Source of the DNA: Nemertoderma westbladi
Taxonomy: Eukaryota > Animalia > Xenacoelomorpha
Assembly (NCBI GenBank): GCA_032718475.1
Contig: JAUCBJ010005946.1
Coordinates: 18,644-82,643, forward strand
DNA: 64,000 nt
Direction of reading: 5' to 3'
Position numbers and translations under genes: made by a program
Notes under the pieces: generated by a model
What the model saw: the letters and a program-made list of their open reading frames with translations, nothing else
What the model was told of the DNA's origin: nothing
The model's database searches: none
Shown here: positions 1 through 12,000 of the stretch, in pieces
Layout of the letters: each line of letters starts with the position of its first letter
How positions within the stretch are numbered: the stretch's first letter is position 1

Positions 1-240
1 TATAGTTTATCTTTAAGTCTGATTGATTTTATGATACCTGAAATGATCCATTTTTTACCAAATACTTTGGATATATCATCGTAGAAACGATCAAATTTGT
101 CAGCCGGGAAATATAATTATCGGTGTACTACAAGTTTAGATGAGAGTTTATATCGTTTAAAAAACATTGTTCGTCATATTTAGAGTAATCGAAAGATAGT
201 TTTGTTTTAGGATCATTGAAAACACATTTATATTTTTGGC
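1..240 (-). mobile_element. Degraded CR1/L2-type LINE ORF2 fragment
   Basis: The minus strand reads approximately FDYSKYDEQCFLNDI...KKWIISGIIKSIRLKDKL, with stops and frameshifts. This resembles the EN-RT linker (KPWxxxxIxKxIxxK) of the intact LINE at 46843-49473. Confidence 0.4.
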
Positions 241-813
241 AATGATGAAGGTAGTGTGGGGTCACAGTTAATGATGCATTTAATGTAGGTGATGCGAAAT
301 GAATTGAGTGGGAATAACAGCGTCTGTCTGACAGACGGTCGCTACTAGTAGATTGTGCCTATTATTAGCGATTTTGAATTAGGTCGAGAAATTTTAACTC
401 ATTAGTTTTCGAGTCCCTGGGATTTGGAACTCAGGAAACTCTGTGACTTGTATTGAGTCTCTTAAGTAGTAACGTATAAGTAAGTATAAGTAGTTACGTA
501 GGTAACCGTTTATAAAATTCTATGTTTTTTTTAATTGAAAAAGTTTCCGTAAAAGTAAAAATATCAAATTTATATTCAAGAATTTTAAGAAACTGGCTTA
601 TTATGTAATCAAAATAAGAAAGGTTTTGACAGTTTAAATTAAAAAATACAGAAAAGCTATTTGGTTTCGTGGAAGAAAGTCTTAAGATAATGTATCTTTA
701 TCAAACTCCACATTGGTAATATTTAGCTCAGGGTCAATATTTGAAAAAGTTTGATTTAAATGATTTATTTCTAGCGCAATAACGAATCGTTTAAAATCTC
801 CCTCGTCTTCATC

Positions 814-1021
814 TAAAACAGATGAAAAGGGTAAACGTCATTAAAACGGCAAGAGATATAAAAAATAAAACAGATGAAAAGGGTAAACGTCATTAAAACG
901 GCAAGAGATATAAAAAATAAAACAGATGAAAAGGGTAAACGTCATTAAAACGGCAAGAGATATAAAAAATAAAACAGATGAAAAGGGTAAACGTCATTAA
1001 AACGGCAAGAGATATAAAAAT
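814..1021. repeat. 52-bp tandem repeat, about 4 copies
   Basis: Unit TAAAACAGATGAAAAGGGTAAACGTCATTAAAACGGCAAGAGATATAAAAAA starts at 814, 866, 918 and 970. Confidence 0.95.
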
Positions 1022-1209
1022 AGGTGTTACTTTTATTTGAGATAAAAATTCACCACGGGAAAAATGCTGACCACAAGGCAGATGAAAGGTTGATTCACAT
1101 AGAGCACAAGAAAAATTTTATGTATGAATTTAAAATTGGGGAAAAGCAAAAAGCACAGGAATTGGGAATGGGATTTTGGTACATGGAATGGGGCGTTTGG
1201 GCATTCTAA

Positions 1210-1675
1210 CATTCCTGGAAGACTTTAATGCAAGTCTGCATCAATCACCTACATCGCGTCACAAGTCCCAGATAGATTCATTTTCTGTTTCGTAGGAAAT
1301 ACAGGAGCTCTATACAAGACTGTAACGCATTTACACTTCGACCCTTCTCCAGTGATCACCGCCTTATTGTGGCCAAGGTAAGACTAGTCTGCGTGCTAGC
1401 AGAACAACGAAATCTGCCTTGCCGCGGCATGACTGGTCCTCTTTGTTGCAACAGCCAAGTGTGAGATCCAGCTTCACACTACAGCTGAGCAATAGGTATG
1501 AGGTTCTTGTCTCTGAGGCGGCAGATCACTATGAGGGCTATACTGCCTTCACAGAAGCAGTTAAGTTAGCAGCTGCAGAAAAAGTTCCTGTATACCCTCG
1601 AAACAGGAAAAAGGCCCCCTGGACTGACCACAAAATTAGGAAGTGCCGAAATGACCTCTATAAGGCGCAGAAAGA
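1210..1675 (+). mobile_element. RTE-type LINE remnant (endonuclease C-terminus and linker)
   Basis: DFNA and SDHRLIVAKV APE-endonuclease motifs are followed by FTLQLSNRYEVL. The segment is frameshifted and is cut off by a SINE at 1676. Confidence 0.7.
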
Positions 1676-1920
1676 TGTCGTAGTGTCCGAGTGGATACGG
1701 CGCATGAACTGCTTACACAATAGTGTTTGGTGGCCCAGGTTCGAATCCGACTAAAGGCTGTAGAAATTTCGCATTGTTGTGTCCCTAGGCAAGACACTTT
1801 AGACATTAGTTAGTGCCTACGCCAACCCAGCGGTATAATGGGAACCTAGCTTTGCTGGGGTAATGATAATAAAAGCGCTTTGAGTATGCCGAGCATAATA
1901 AAGCGCTATATAATTAACCA
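1676..1920 (+). mobile_element. tRNA-derived SINE, copy 1
   Basis: A-box-like TGTCCGAGTGG, B box GGTTCGAATCC, central GTGTCCCTAGGCAAGACACTT and a tail AAAGCGCTATATAA. A near-identical inverted copy lies at 5596-5865. Confidence 0.85.
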
Positions 1921-1924
1921 AGCA

Positions 1925-2670
1925 GGACAATTCGTTCTCGGGAAATTCGGTTCGGACAATTCGGTCCCGGACAATTCGGTCCCGGACAATTCGGTCCCGG
2001 GCAATTCGGTCCCGGACAATTCGGTCCCATTAATTTTGTATTTTGGGACCGAATTGTCCGGGACCAAATTCTCCGTGACCGAATTGTCCGGAGACAGACT
2101 GGGACAAATTCGGCCCCAAAACATACATATTAATGGGACCGAATTGTCCGGGACCGAATTGTCCGGGAACAAAATTGATAATGGTGAATGTTCTAGAAAC
2201 TTAGTAGATATTTTTATAGTAGTTTATATAGGTTTTTATAGTGTTTTTTTTACTTTGTTAAAAGATTTTACTTTTTTTGTTAACATTATTACTTATGGTA
2301 GCTAGTGGAGCTAGTGAATTATTTACTATCTAGTAATAGTAGTATGTATTTAAAATGTTTAAAACTGATTTAAGTAACAGGTAAAAAAGATGGTGTTGAC
2401 CAGTAGTACTATTAAATTAAAATAAGCTATTAATTTAACAGCAATTTATTCTTGAATCTATACATATTAAATGCTAAATAAGTAGCAAAATATTAGTAAT
2501 TCAATTTTCATAGTATTTTGTTTTTGGTCCGAATTATGTTTCTATCAGGAACCGGACAATTAGGTCCCGGACAATTCGGTCCTAGGACAATTCGATCCCG
2601 GACAATTCAATCCCGAACAATTCCGTCCCATTTATTTAGTGTTTAGGGACGAAATTGTCCGGAACAGAAT
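1925..2670. mobile_element. Foldback/MITE-like element with inverted clusters of a 15-bp motif
   Basis: GGACAATTCGGTCCC is repeated forward (1925-2030, 2554-2630) and in reverse as GGGACCGAATTGTCC (2045-2170, about 2646-2665). Confidence 0.65.
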
Positions 2671-2989
2671 TGTTGAATTGAACAAATAAGTTGGTGCCAG
2701 TTCCCAAGAAGGCCAACTACCTAACACTCTATGGTTCTTTTCGGAGAATCTCATTGATCTCGATTGCTGCAAAGCTATACAATAGACAGATGGCATTCCG
2801 GTACCATTACTAGTGCATAGATTCCATGCCTCAACATTCAATAGTGTCCTCAGCACTAGTACTGATTTGGATGCCGTAAAGTGCTGACAGCTATAGGTCC
2901 TGAGTGGCCCGGACCTGATCACCTGAGTACCTTGACACTGACTCACCATGTCCTGGAATGTAATGTAGTTATATAGTATAGTGTAGTAC

Positions 2990-3790
2990 ATTTTTCTAGA
3001 AACCTTAATGAAATTGCATGAAATTTGAAACATAGATAGTTCCACCTCCCTCCTCCTCCGTGGGTGAGCCAGAATTTTTATTTTTGCTTTCAATCGTGTT
3101 TGAAAAGGGTGTCTCCGACGATATTGTACCATATACACTGCAGTTATTCTTCAACCTTATAATGATTTGTTGATATTGTTAGAAAGCTGGCCCTGTAAGG
3201 ATTCCAAATATGTAACATAATCTGAATTTCATTATAAAAAATGAGTATGATATGAATCATATCATACTCATTATATATTAATACAATGAGATATGAGCTT
3301 TCGAAAGTTGCTTGGTTTTGCGCCTGTGCGAGGTTATTTTATTCTATTTAACAAATAAATCATATTCTGGAACACTTTGTTTATGTATGAATAGAGCTAC
3401 AGTTATTGCATTGTTGCCCAGCTACGTATGGGATAAACAAAATGTTCTAGAAAATGGTGTATTTATTAAATAGAATAAAATAGCGCAGGTGTAAAACCAT
3501 TCAACTTTAGAATGCCTATATCTCAGCTGTTTTACGACGAAATTCAGATTGTTACATATTTGGAATCCTTGCATGGCCAGCTTTCCATTGGTACCAACAA
3601 ACAGCTATAAGGTAGAAGAATAACTGCGGTGTAACTGGTGTAATATCGCCGGAGACACCTTTTTCAAACACTTGTAGCTAAAGAATGACAGCAAAAATAA
3701 AAATTCTGGCTCACCCAGCAAGGAGGAGGGAAGTGAAACTATCTCTGTTTAAAATTTTATGCGATCTCATTAAGATTTGTAGAAATATTT
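2990..3790. mobile_element. Long imperfect palindrome (foldback MITE)
   Basis: Arms of about 390 bp match in inverted orientation, e.g. GGGTGAGCCAGAATTTTTATTTTTGCT (about 3062) against AGCAAAAATAAAATTCTGGCTCACCC (about 3690), and GGATTCCAAATATGTAAC against GTTACATATTTGGAATCC. The central spacer is about 50 bp. Confidence 0.85.
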
Positions 3791-3834
3791 GGGGGTGGGG
3801 GGCAGGTACCTGAATAACGACACTATATTCCAGA

Positions 3835-4437
3835 ATATGTTCATAATTGTGGTTGACTATGTTCTACGCATGTCTTTAGATCATCACGATGATAATGGGG
3901 TGATGCCCAACGGCTCCTCAGCTCATTAGAACAGGCTGCTTCTATTGTTGGTCTTTTTATTAACTCCAGAAAGACCAAAATTTTGACAGTTATCTTTGAA
4001 AGTCCTCAGCAAGTCTCTGACCGGATGAGTATAAGCTCAAATGATGGTATGCTTGAGCATGTGGACGACTTCTGTTACCTGTGATCATGGATTCGGAAGT
4101 CAGGTGAGTATATAACATTGGAGGTGTCTCATTGGTTCCCCCAAGCTTGACACTAGAACAAAGCCGCCTCTGCTTTGCAGGACATTGCTTTCGCCGTGAG
4201 GACCAGCCAGTGCATAATCTTGTGCTTTGGCAGCCTCATGGAGTGAATAAGCATGGTGGACAGCCCATGACTTTCTTGAGACGCATCTTAAAGGACACTG
4301 GCCTTGAAGATGCGGATGATCTAGAAAATGTCATGGGTGATAGGGAGTTGTGGCGGCGCAATTTTGTCGACAAGCCGGCACAGCATTCTTAAAAATGCAT
4401 CTGCAATGCAGCATGCCTATACTAGTAGTAGTAGTAG
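3835..4437 (+). mobile_element. RTE-type LINE remnant (RT C-terminus, 3' UTR, (TAG)n tail)
   Basis: FIIVVDYVLR, GLFINSRKTK, VDDFCYL and RLCFAGHCFRR motifs with deletions, ending in a TAGTAGTAG tail. Same family as 57435-58040. Confidence 0.8.
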
Positions 4438-5595
4438 AAGATCCAGGACATGGTGTAGATAGGGTAGTATTTTTTATTTTTTATTTTTTAATTTTTATTA
4501 CCTGACTTACGCCTTCGATGGCTATAATTAAAATTGTAGGTCTAATATATAATATAAATTCATGACAGCAGGTAAAATTAGGTCAAACAGTTCTACGATA
4601 ATGATAATGATAATGATAATGATAATCATGATGATAATCATATATGCATATGGAACCGTAACGAGATATAAGATATAATGAAATAAAATCTAAAGTCAAA
4701 TATACAATTATAGGAGGCACATGAGGGTATAAAGTTCAGCAATATTTAGCCAGTGGGGGACAAGATTGGAAGGTGATAGCCAGTTTTGAGTGTATTTAAT
4801 AGTCCAAGTTGAAGAAGCTGAGGATGCATGTTTGTGTTGAAGTTCAAAGTTATAGTTGTTTAAAATTGATTTTAAACATAGTACTTGATGTGTTTGTTTA
4901 AAACTCAGGTCCATTGTGTTGCGTCTTCGCGATCCATCTATACAATTCTTTATACAGTAATTATTTGTTGCGAGGCTTATAAGGCATGGAATATCTTCTC
5001 TCCAGGCGCCTACCGAGTATTCTTACATCAGTTGGTCGTAATATATCCCAGTTAGGTTTTGGCTCAGGATGGTTGTGAACAGATGTGACACCGTTTTATT
5101 GGTGGTACTGAGAGGATTGTAGATTACCCGGAGACAGACAGCGACTTCAGACACAGACACTTATGCGACTACAGAGACAGCTACTTATTGTGGAGAAAGC
5201 GTAAACAGTGGGAATTAAGCAGTTTTCTTGATTGATTGGAATGCTTACTAAAATAAAAAAATAATTCATATGAAATATGTACTGTACAGTGTACACTAAT
5301 TATTTTCTTTTTAATCATCTACGGTAATTTGGTGTTGCAGTTTGCCATATAGTGCAGTTTGCCATATAGTAAATATCTATTGAAAAATAATATTGAATTT
5401 TAAATCAGATAACCAAAATACAATTTTTATCGTGTAGGGAGTCGAGATATTATAGAAAATATATTTCAAAAAATTAGAATTTCTATGATTTTATGACACA
5501 GAACTGTTTATTAAGATTTATCTGTGTGTGTGCAGCGGAAAATACCATGTATAATGAAAATTGTTGTATCGTTTGTAATATTTTATAATTAGATT

Positions 5596-5865
5596 ATAAT
5601 AATAATAATAATAATAATAATATTGGTTATTTATATAGCGCTTTATTATGCTCGGCATACTCAAAGCGCTTTTATTATCATTACCCCAGCAAAGCCAGGT
5701 TCCCATTATACCGCTGGGTTGACGTAGGCACTAATGTCTAAAGTGTCTTGCCTAGGGACACAACAGTGCGAAATTTCTACAGCCTTTAGTCGGATTCGAA
5801 CCTGCGCCACCAAACACTATTGTGTAAGCAGTTCAGGCGCCATATCCACTCAGACACTGCGACAC
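5596..5865 (-). mobile_element. tRNA-derived SINE, copy 2, with (TAT)n tail
   Basis: Reverse complement of 1676-1920, ending in a (TAT)n microsatellite tail. Confidence 0.85.
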
Positions 5866-5895
5866 TATAAGTGTAATTCGATAACCTAATTTTAG

Positions 5896-6090
5896 GGGCG
5901 ATGCCTGGAGGAATGTCAACTGTCGTCATGTTTCTCCCCCTCCCAACGCGGTTGTTGCCGAAATGAATTTGGATCCTTTCTATAAGAAATACCTTCACGC
6001 CTATGGAATTCCGATACTCAGTTCGGAGAATGTTCCTGATGAGGCACTTCGGAGAGCCTGTTACATTACTTGGTTCATGATGTTAGATAG
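5896..6090 (+). CDS. Zinc metallopeptidase-like/ShKT/FN3 protein, first identified coding exon (upstream exons not found)
   Basis: Acceptor ttttag ends at 5895. The exon reads GDAWRNVNCRHVSPPPNAVVAEMNLDPFYKKYLHAYGIPILSSENVPDEALRRACYITWFMMLD(R). The donor AG|gtaggt at 6091 is phase 2 and joins 20700 in frame. It is absent from the ORF track. Confidence 0.85.
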
Positions 6091-9000
6091 GTAGGTTATA
6101 CCTGTTACATTACTTGGTTCATGATGTTAGATAGGTAGGTTGTACTTGTTACATTACTTGGTTCATGATGTTAGATAGGTAGGTTATACTTGTTACATTA
6201 CTTGGTTCATGATGTTAGATACGTAGGTTATACTTGTTACATTACTTGGTTCATGATGTTAGATAGGTAGGTTATACTTGTTACATTACTTGGTTCATGG
6301 TGTTAGATAGGTAGGTTATACTTGTTACATTACTTGGTTCATGGTGTTAGATAGGTAGGTTATACTTGTTACATTACTTGGTTCTTTGTGTTAGATAGGT
6401 AGGTTATACCTGTTACATAACTTGGTTCATGATGTTAGATTGGTAGGTTATACTTGTTACATTACTTGGTTCATGATGTTCGATATGTAGGTTATACTTG
6501 TTACATTACTTGGTTCATGATGTTAGATAGGTAGGTTATATTTGTTACATTACTTGGTTCATGATGTTCGATATGTAGGTTATACTTGCTACATTACTTG
6601 GTTCATGGTGTTAGATAGGTAGGTTATACTTGTTACATTACTTGGTTCATGATGTTAGATAGGTAGGTTATACTTGTTACATTACTTGGTTCATGGTGTT
6701 AGATAGGTAGGTTATACTTGTTACATTACTTGGTTCATGATGTTCGATATGTAGGTTATACTTGTTACATTACTTGGTTCATGATGTTAGATAGGTATGT
6801 TATACTTGTTACATTACTTGGTTCATGATGTTAGATAGGTAGGTTATACTTGTTACATTACTTGGTTCATGATGTTAGATAGGTATGTTATACTTGTTAC
6901 ATTACTTGGTTCATGATGTTAGATTGGTAGGTTATACCTGTTACATAACTTGGTTCATGATGTTAGATTGGTAGGTTATACTTGTTACATTACTTGGTTC
7001 ATGATGTTAGATAGGTATGTTATACTTGTTACATTACTTGGTTCATGATGTTAGATAGGTAGGTTATACTTGTTACATTACTTGGTTCATGATGTTCGAT
7101 ATGTAGGTTATACTTGCTACATTACTTGGTTCATGGTGTTAGATAGGTAGGTTATATTTGTTACATTACTTGGTTCATGATGTTAGATTGGTAGGTTATA
7201 CCTGTTACATAACTTGGTTCATGATGTTAGATTGGTAGGTTATACTTGTTACATTACTTGGTTCATGATGTTAGATAGGTATGTTATACTTGCTACATTA
7301 CTTGGTTCATGGTGTTAGATAGGTAGGTTATACCTGTTACATAACTTGGTTCATGATGTTAGATTGGTAGGTTATACTTGTTACATTACTTGGTTCATGA
7401 TGTTAGATAGGTAGGTTATACCTGTTACATTACTTGGTTCATGATGTTAGATAGGTAGGTTATATTTGTTACATTACTTGGTTCATGATGTTAGATTGGT
7501 AGGTTATACTTGTTACATTACTTGGTTCATGATGTTCGATATGTAGGTTATACTTGCTACATTACTTGGTTCATGATGTTAGATAGGTAGGTTATATTTG
7601 TTACATTACTTGGTTCATGATGTTAGATTGGTAGGTTATACTTGTTACATTACTTGGTTCATGATGTTCGATATGTAGGTTATACTTGCTACATTACTTG
7701 GTTCATGATGTTAGATAGGTAGGTTATACTTGTTACATTACTTGGTTCATGATGTTCGATATGTAGGTTATACTTGCTACATTACTTGGTTCATGGTGTT
7801 AGATAGGTAGGTTATATTTGTTACATTACTTGGTTCATGATGTTAGATTGGTAGGTTATACTTGTTACATTACTTGGTTCATGATGTTCGATATGTAGGT
7901 TATACTTGCTACATTACTTGGTTCATGGTGTTAGATAGGTAGGTTATACCTGTTACATTACTTGGTTCATGATGTTAGATAAGTAGGTTATACTTGTTAC
8001 ATTGCTTGGTTCATGATGTTTGACAGATATATTATACTTGTTACATTACTTGGTTCATGATGTTAGATAGGTAGGTTATACTTGTTACGTTACTTGGTTC
8101 ATGATGTTAGATAAGTAGGTTATACTTGTTACATTGCTTGGTTCATGATGTTTGACAGATATATTATACTTGTTACATTACTTGGTTCATGATGTTAGAT
8201 AGGTATGCTATACTTGTTACATTACTTGGTTCATGATGTTAGATAGGTAGGTTATACTTGTTACATTACTTGGTTCATGATGTTAGATAGGTAGGTTATA
8301 CTTGTTACGTTACTTGGTTCATGGTGTTAGATAGGTAGGTTATACCTGTTACATTACTTGGTTCATGATGTTAGATAAGTAGGTTATACTTGTTACATTG
8401 CTTGGTTCATGATGTTTGACAGATATATTATACTTGTTACATTACTTGGTTCATGATGTTAGATAGGTAGGTTATACCTGTTACATTACTTGGTTCATGA
8501 TGTTAGATAAGTAGGTTATACTTGTTACATTGCTTGGTTCATGATGTTTGACAGATATATTATACTTGTTACATTACTTGGTTCATGATGTTAGATAGGT
8601 AGGTTATACTTGTTACGTTACTTGGTTCATGATGTGAAATAGGTAGGTTATACCTGTTACATAACTTGGTTCATGATGTTAGATAGGTATGTTATACTTG
8701 TTACATTACTTGGTTCATGATGTTAGATAGGTATGCTATACTTGTTACATTACTTGGTTCATGATGTTAGATAGGTAGGTTATACCTGTTACATTACTTG
8801 GTTCATGATGTTAGATAGGTTAAGTTTATACCTGTTACATTACTTGGTTCATGGTGTTAGATAGGTAGGATATACTTGTTACAATACTTGGTTCATGGTG
8901 TTAGATATGTAGGTTATACCTGTTACATTACTTGGTTCATGATGTTAGATAGGTAGGTTATATTTGTTACATTACTTGGTTCATGATGTTAGATAAGTAG

Positions 9001-12000
9001 GTTATACTTGTTACATTGCTTGGTTCATGATGTTTGACAGATATATTATACTTGTTACATTACTTGGTTCATGATGTTAGATAGGTAGGTTATACCTGTT
9101 ACATTACTTGGTTCATGATGTTAGATAAGTAGGTTATACTTGTTACATTGCTTGGTTCATGATGTTTGACAGATATATTATACTTGTTACATTACTTGGT
9201 TCATGGTGTTAGATAGGTAGGTTATACCTGTTACATTACTTGGTTCATGATGTTAGATAAGTAGGTTATACATGTTACATTGCTTGGTTCATGATGTTTG
9301 ACAGATATATTATACTTGTTACATTACTTGGTTCATGATGTTAGATAGGTAGGTTATACTTGTTACGTTACTTGGTTCATGATGTGAAATAGGTAGGTTA
9401 TACCTGTTACATAACTTGGTTCATGATGTTAGATAGGATAAGTTTATACCTGTTACATTACTTGGTTCATGGTGTTAGATAGGTAGGATATACTTGTTAC
9501 AATACTTGGTTCATGGTGTTAGATATGTAGGTTATACCTGTTACATCACTTGGTTCATGATGTTAGATAGGTAGGTTATACTTGTTACATTACTTGGTTC
9601 ATGATGTTAGATAGGTATGTTATACTTGTTACATTACTTGGTTCATGATGTTAGATAGGTATGTTATACTTGTTACATTACTTGGTTCATGATGTTAGAT
9701 AGGTAGGTTATACTTGTTACAATACTTGGTTCATGGTGTTAGATATGTAGGTTATACCTGTTACATTACTTGGTTCATGATGTTAGATAGGTAGGTTATA
9801 CTTGTTACATTACTTGGTTCATGATGTTAGATAGGTAGGTTATACTTGTTACATTACTTGGTTCATGATGTTAGATAGGTATGTTATACTTGTTACATTA
9901 CTTGGTTCATGATGTTAGATAGGTATGTTATACTTGTTACATTACTTGGTTCATGATGTTAGATAGGTATGCTATACTTGTTACATTACTTGGTTCATGA
10001 TGTTAGATAGGTATGCTATACTTGTTACATTACTTGGTTCATGATGTTAGATAGGTATGTTATACTTGTTACATTACTTGGTTCATGATGTTAGATAGGT
10101 ATGTTATACTTGTTACATTACTTGGTTCATGATGTTAGATAGGTAGGTTATACTTGTTACGTTACTTGGTTCATGATGTGAAATAGGTAGGTTATACCTG
10201 TTACATAACTTGGTTCATGATGTTAGATAGGTTAAGTTTATACCTGTTACATTACTTGGTTCATGGTGTTTGATAGGTAGGTTATACTTGTTACAATACT
10301 TGGTTCATGGTGTTAGATATGTAAGTTATACCTGTTACATTACTTGGTTCATGATGTTAGATAGGTAGGTTATACTTGTTACGTTACTTGGTTCATGATG
10401 TTAGATAGGTAGGTTATACCTGTTACATTACTTGGTTCATGATGTTAGATAGGTAGGTTATACTTGTTACGTTACTTGGTTCATGATGTGAAATAGGTAG
10501 GTTATACCTGTTACATAACTTGGTTCATGATGTTAGATAGGTTAAGTTTATACCTGTTCCATTACTTGGTTCATGGTGTTAGATAGGTAGGTTATACTTG
10601 TTACAATACTTGGTTCATGGTGTTAGATATGTAGGTTATACCTGTTACATTACTTGGTTCATGATGTTAGATAGGTAGGTTATACTTGTTACATTACTTG
10701 GTTCATGATGTTAGATAGGTATGTTATACTTGTTACATTACTTGGTTCATGATGTTAGATAGGTATGTTATACTTGTTACATTACTTGGTTCATGATGTT
10801 AGATAGGTATGCTATACTTGTTACATTACTTGGTTCATGATGTTAGATAGGTAGGTTATACTTGTTACATTACTTGGTTCATGATGTTAGATAGGTATGT
10901 TATACTTGTTACAATACTTGGTTCATGATGTTAGATAGGTATGTTATACTTGTTACATTACTTGGTTCATGATGTTAGATAGGTATGTTATACTTGTTAC
11001 ATTACTTGGTTCATGATGTTAGATAGGTATGCTATACTTGTTACATTACTTGGTTCATGATGTTAGATATGTAGGTTATACCTGTTACATTACTTGGTTC
11101 ATGATGTTAGATAGGTAGGTTATACTTGTTACATTACTTGGTTCATGATGTTAGATAGGTATGTTATACTTGTTACATTACTTGGTTCATGATGTTAGAT
11201 AGGTATGTTATACTTGTTACATTACTTGGTTCATGATGTTAGATAGGTATGCTATACTTGTTACATTACTTGGTTCATGATGTTAGATAGGTAGGTTATA
11301 CTTGTTACATTACTTGGTTCATGATGTTAGATAGGTTAAGTTTATACCTGTTCCATTACTTGGTTCATGGTGTTAGATAGGTAGGTTATACTTGTTACAA
11401 TACTTGGTTCATGGTGTTAGATATGTAGGTTATACCTGTTACATTACTTGGTTCATGATGTTAGATAGGTATGTTATACTTGTTACATTACTTGGTTCAT
11501 GATGTTAGATAGGTATGCTATACTTGTTACATTACTTGGTTCATGATGTTAGATAGGTAGGTTATACTTGTTACATTACTTGGTTCATGATGTTAGATAG
11601 GTATGTTATACTTGTTACATTACTTGGTTCATGATGTTAGATAGGTATGTTATACTTGTTACATTACTTGGTTCATGATGTTAGATAGGTATGCTATACT
11701 TGTTACATTACTTGGTTCATGATGTTAGATAGGTAGGTTATACTTGTTACATTACTTGGTTCATGATGTTAGATAGGTATGTTATACTTGTTACATTACT
11801 TGGTTCATGATGTTAGATAGGTATGTTATACTTGTTACATTACTTGGTTCATGATGTTAGATAGGTATGCTATACTTGTTACATTACTTGGTTCATGATG
11901 TTAGATAGGTAGGTTTTACTTGTTATATTACTTGGTTCATGATGTTAGATAGGTAGGTTATACTTGTTACAATACTTGGTTCATGGTGTTAGATATGTAG

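Noticed and set aside
1880-2305. ORFs with PDNSV/GTELS repeats
   Set aside because: They are translations of the inverted 15-bp motif.
4955-5200. Possible upstream exon of the metallopeptidase gene
   Set aside because: The coding-looking frame has two stops, and I found no phase-2 donor compatible with the 5896 acceptor.
6036-6062. Second hammerhead (CTGATGA-GGC...GCC)
   Set aside because: No GAAA follows the stem, and the sequence is coding (PDEALRRA).
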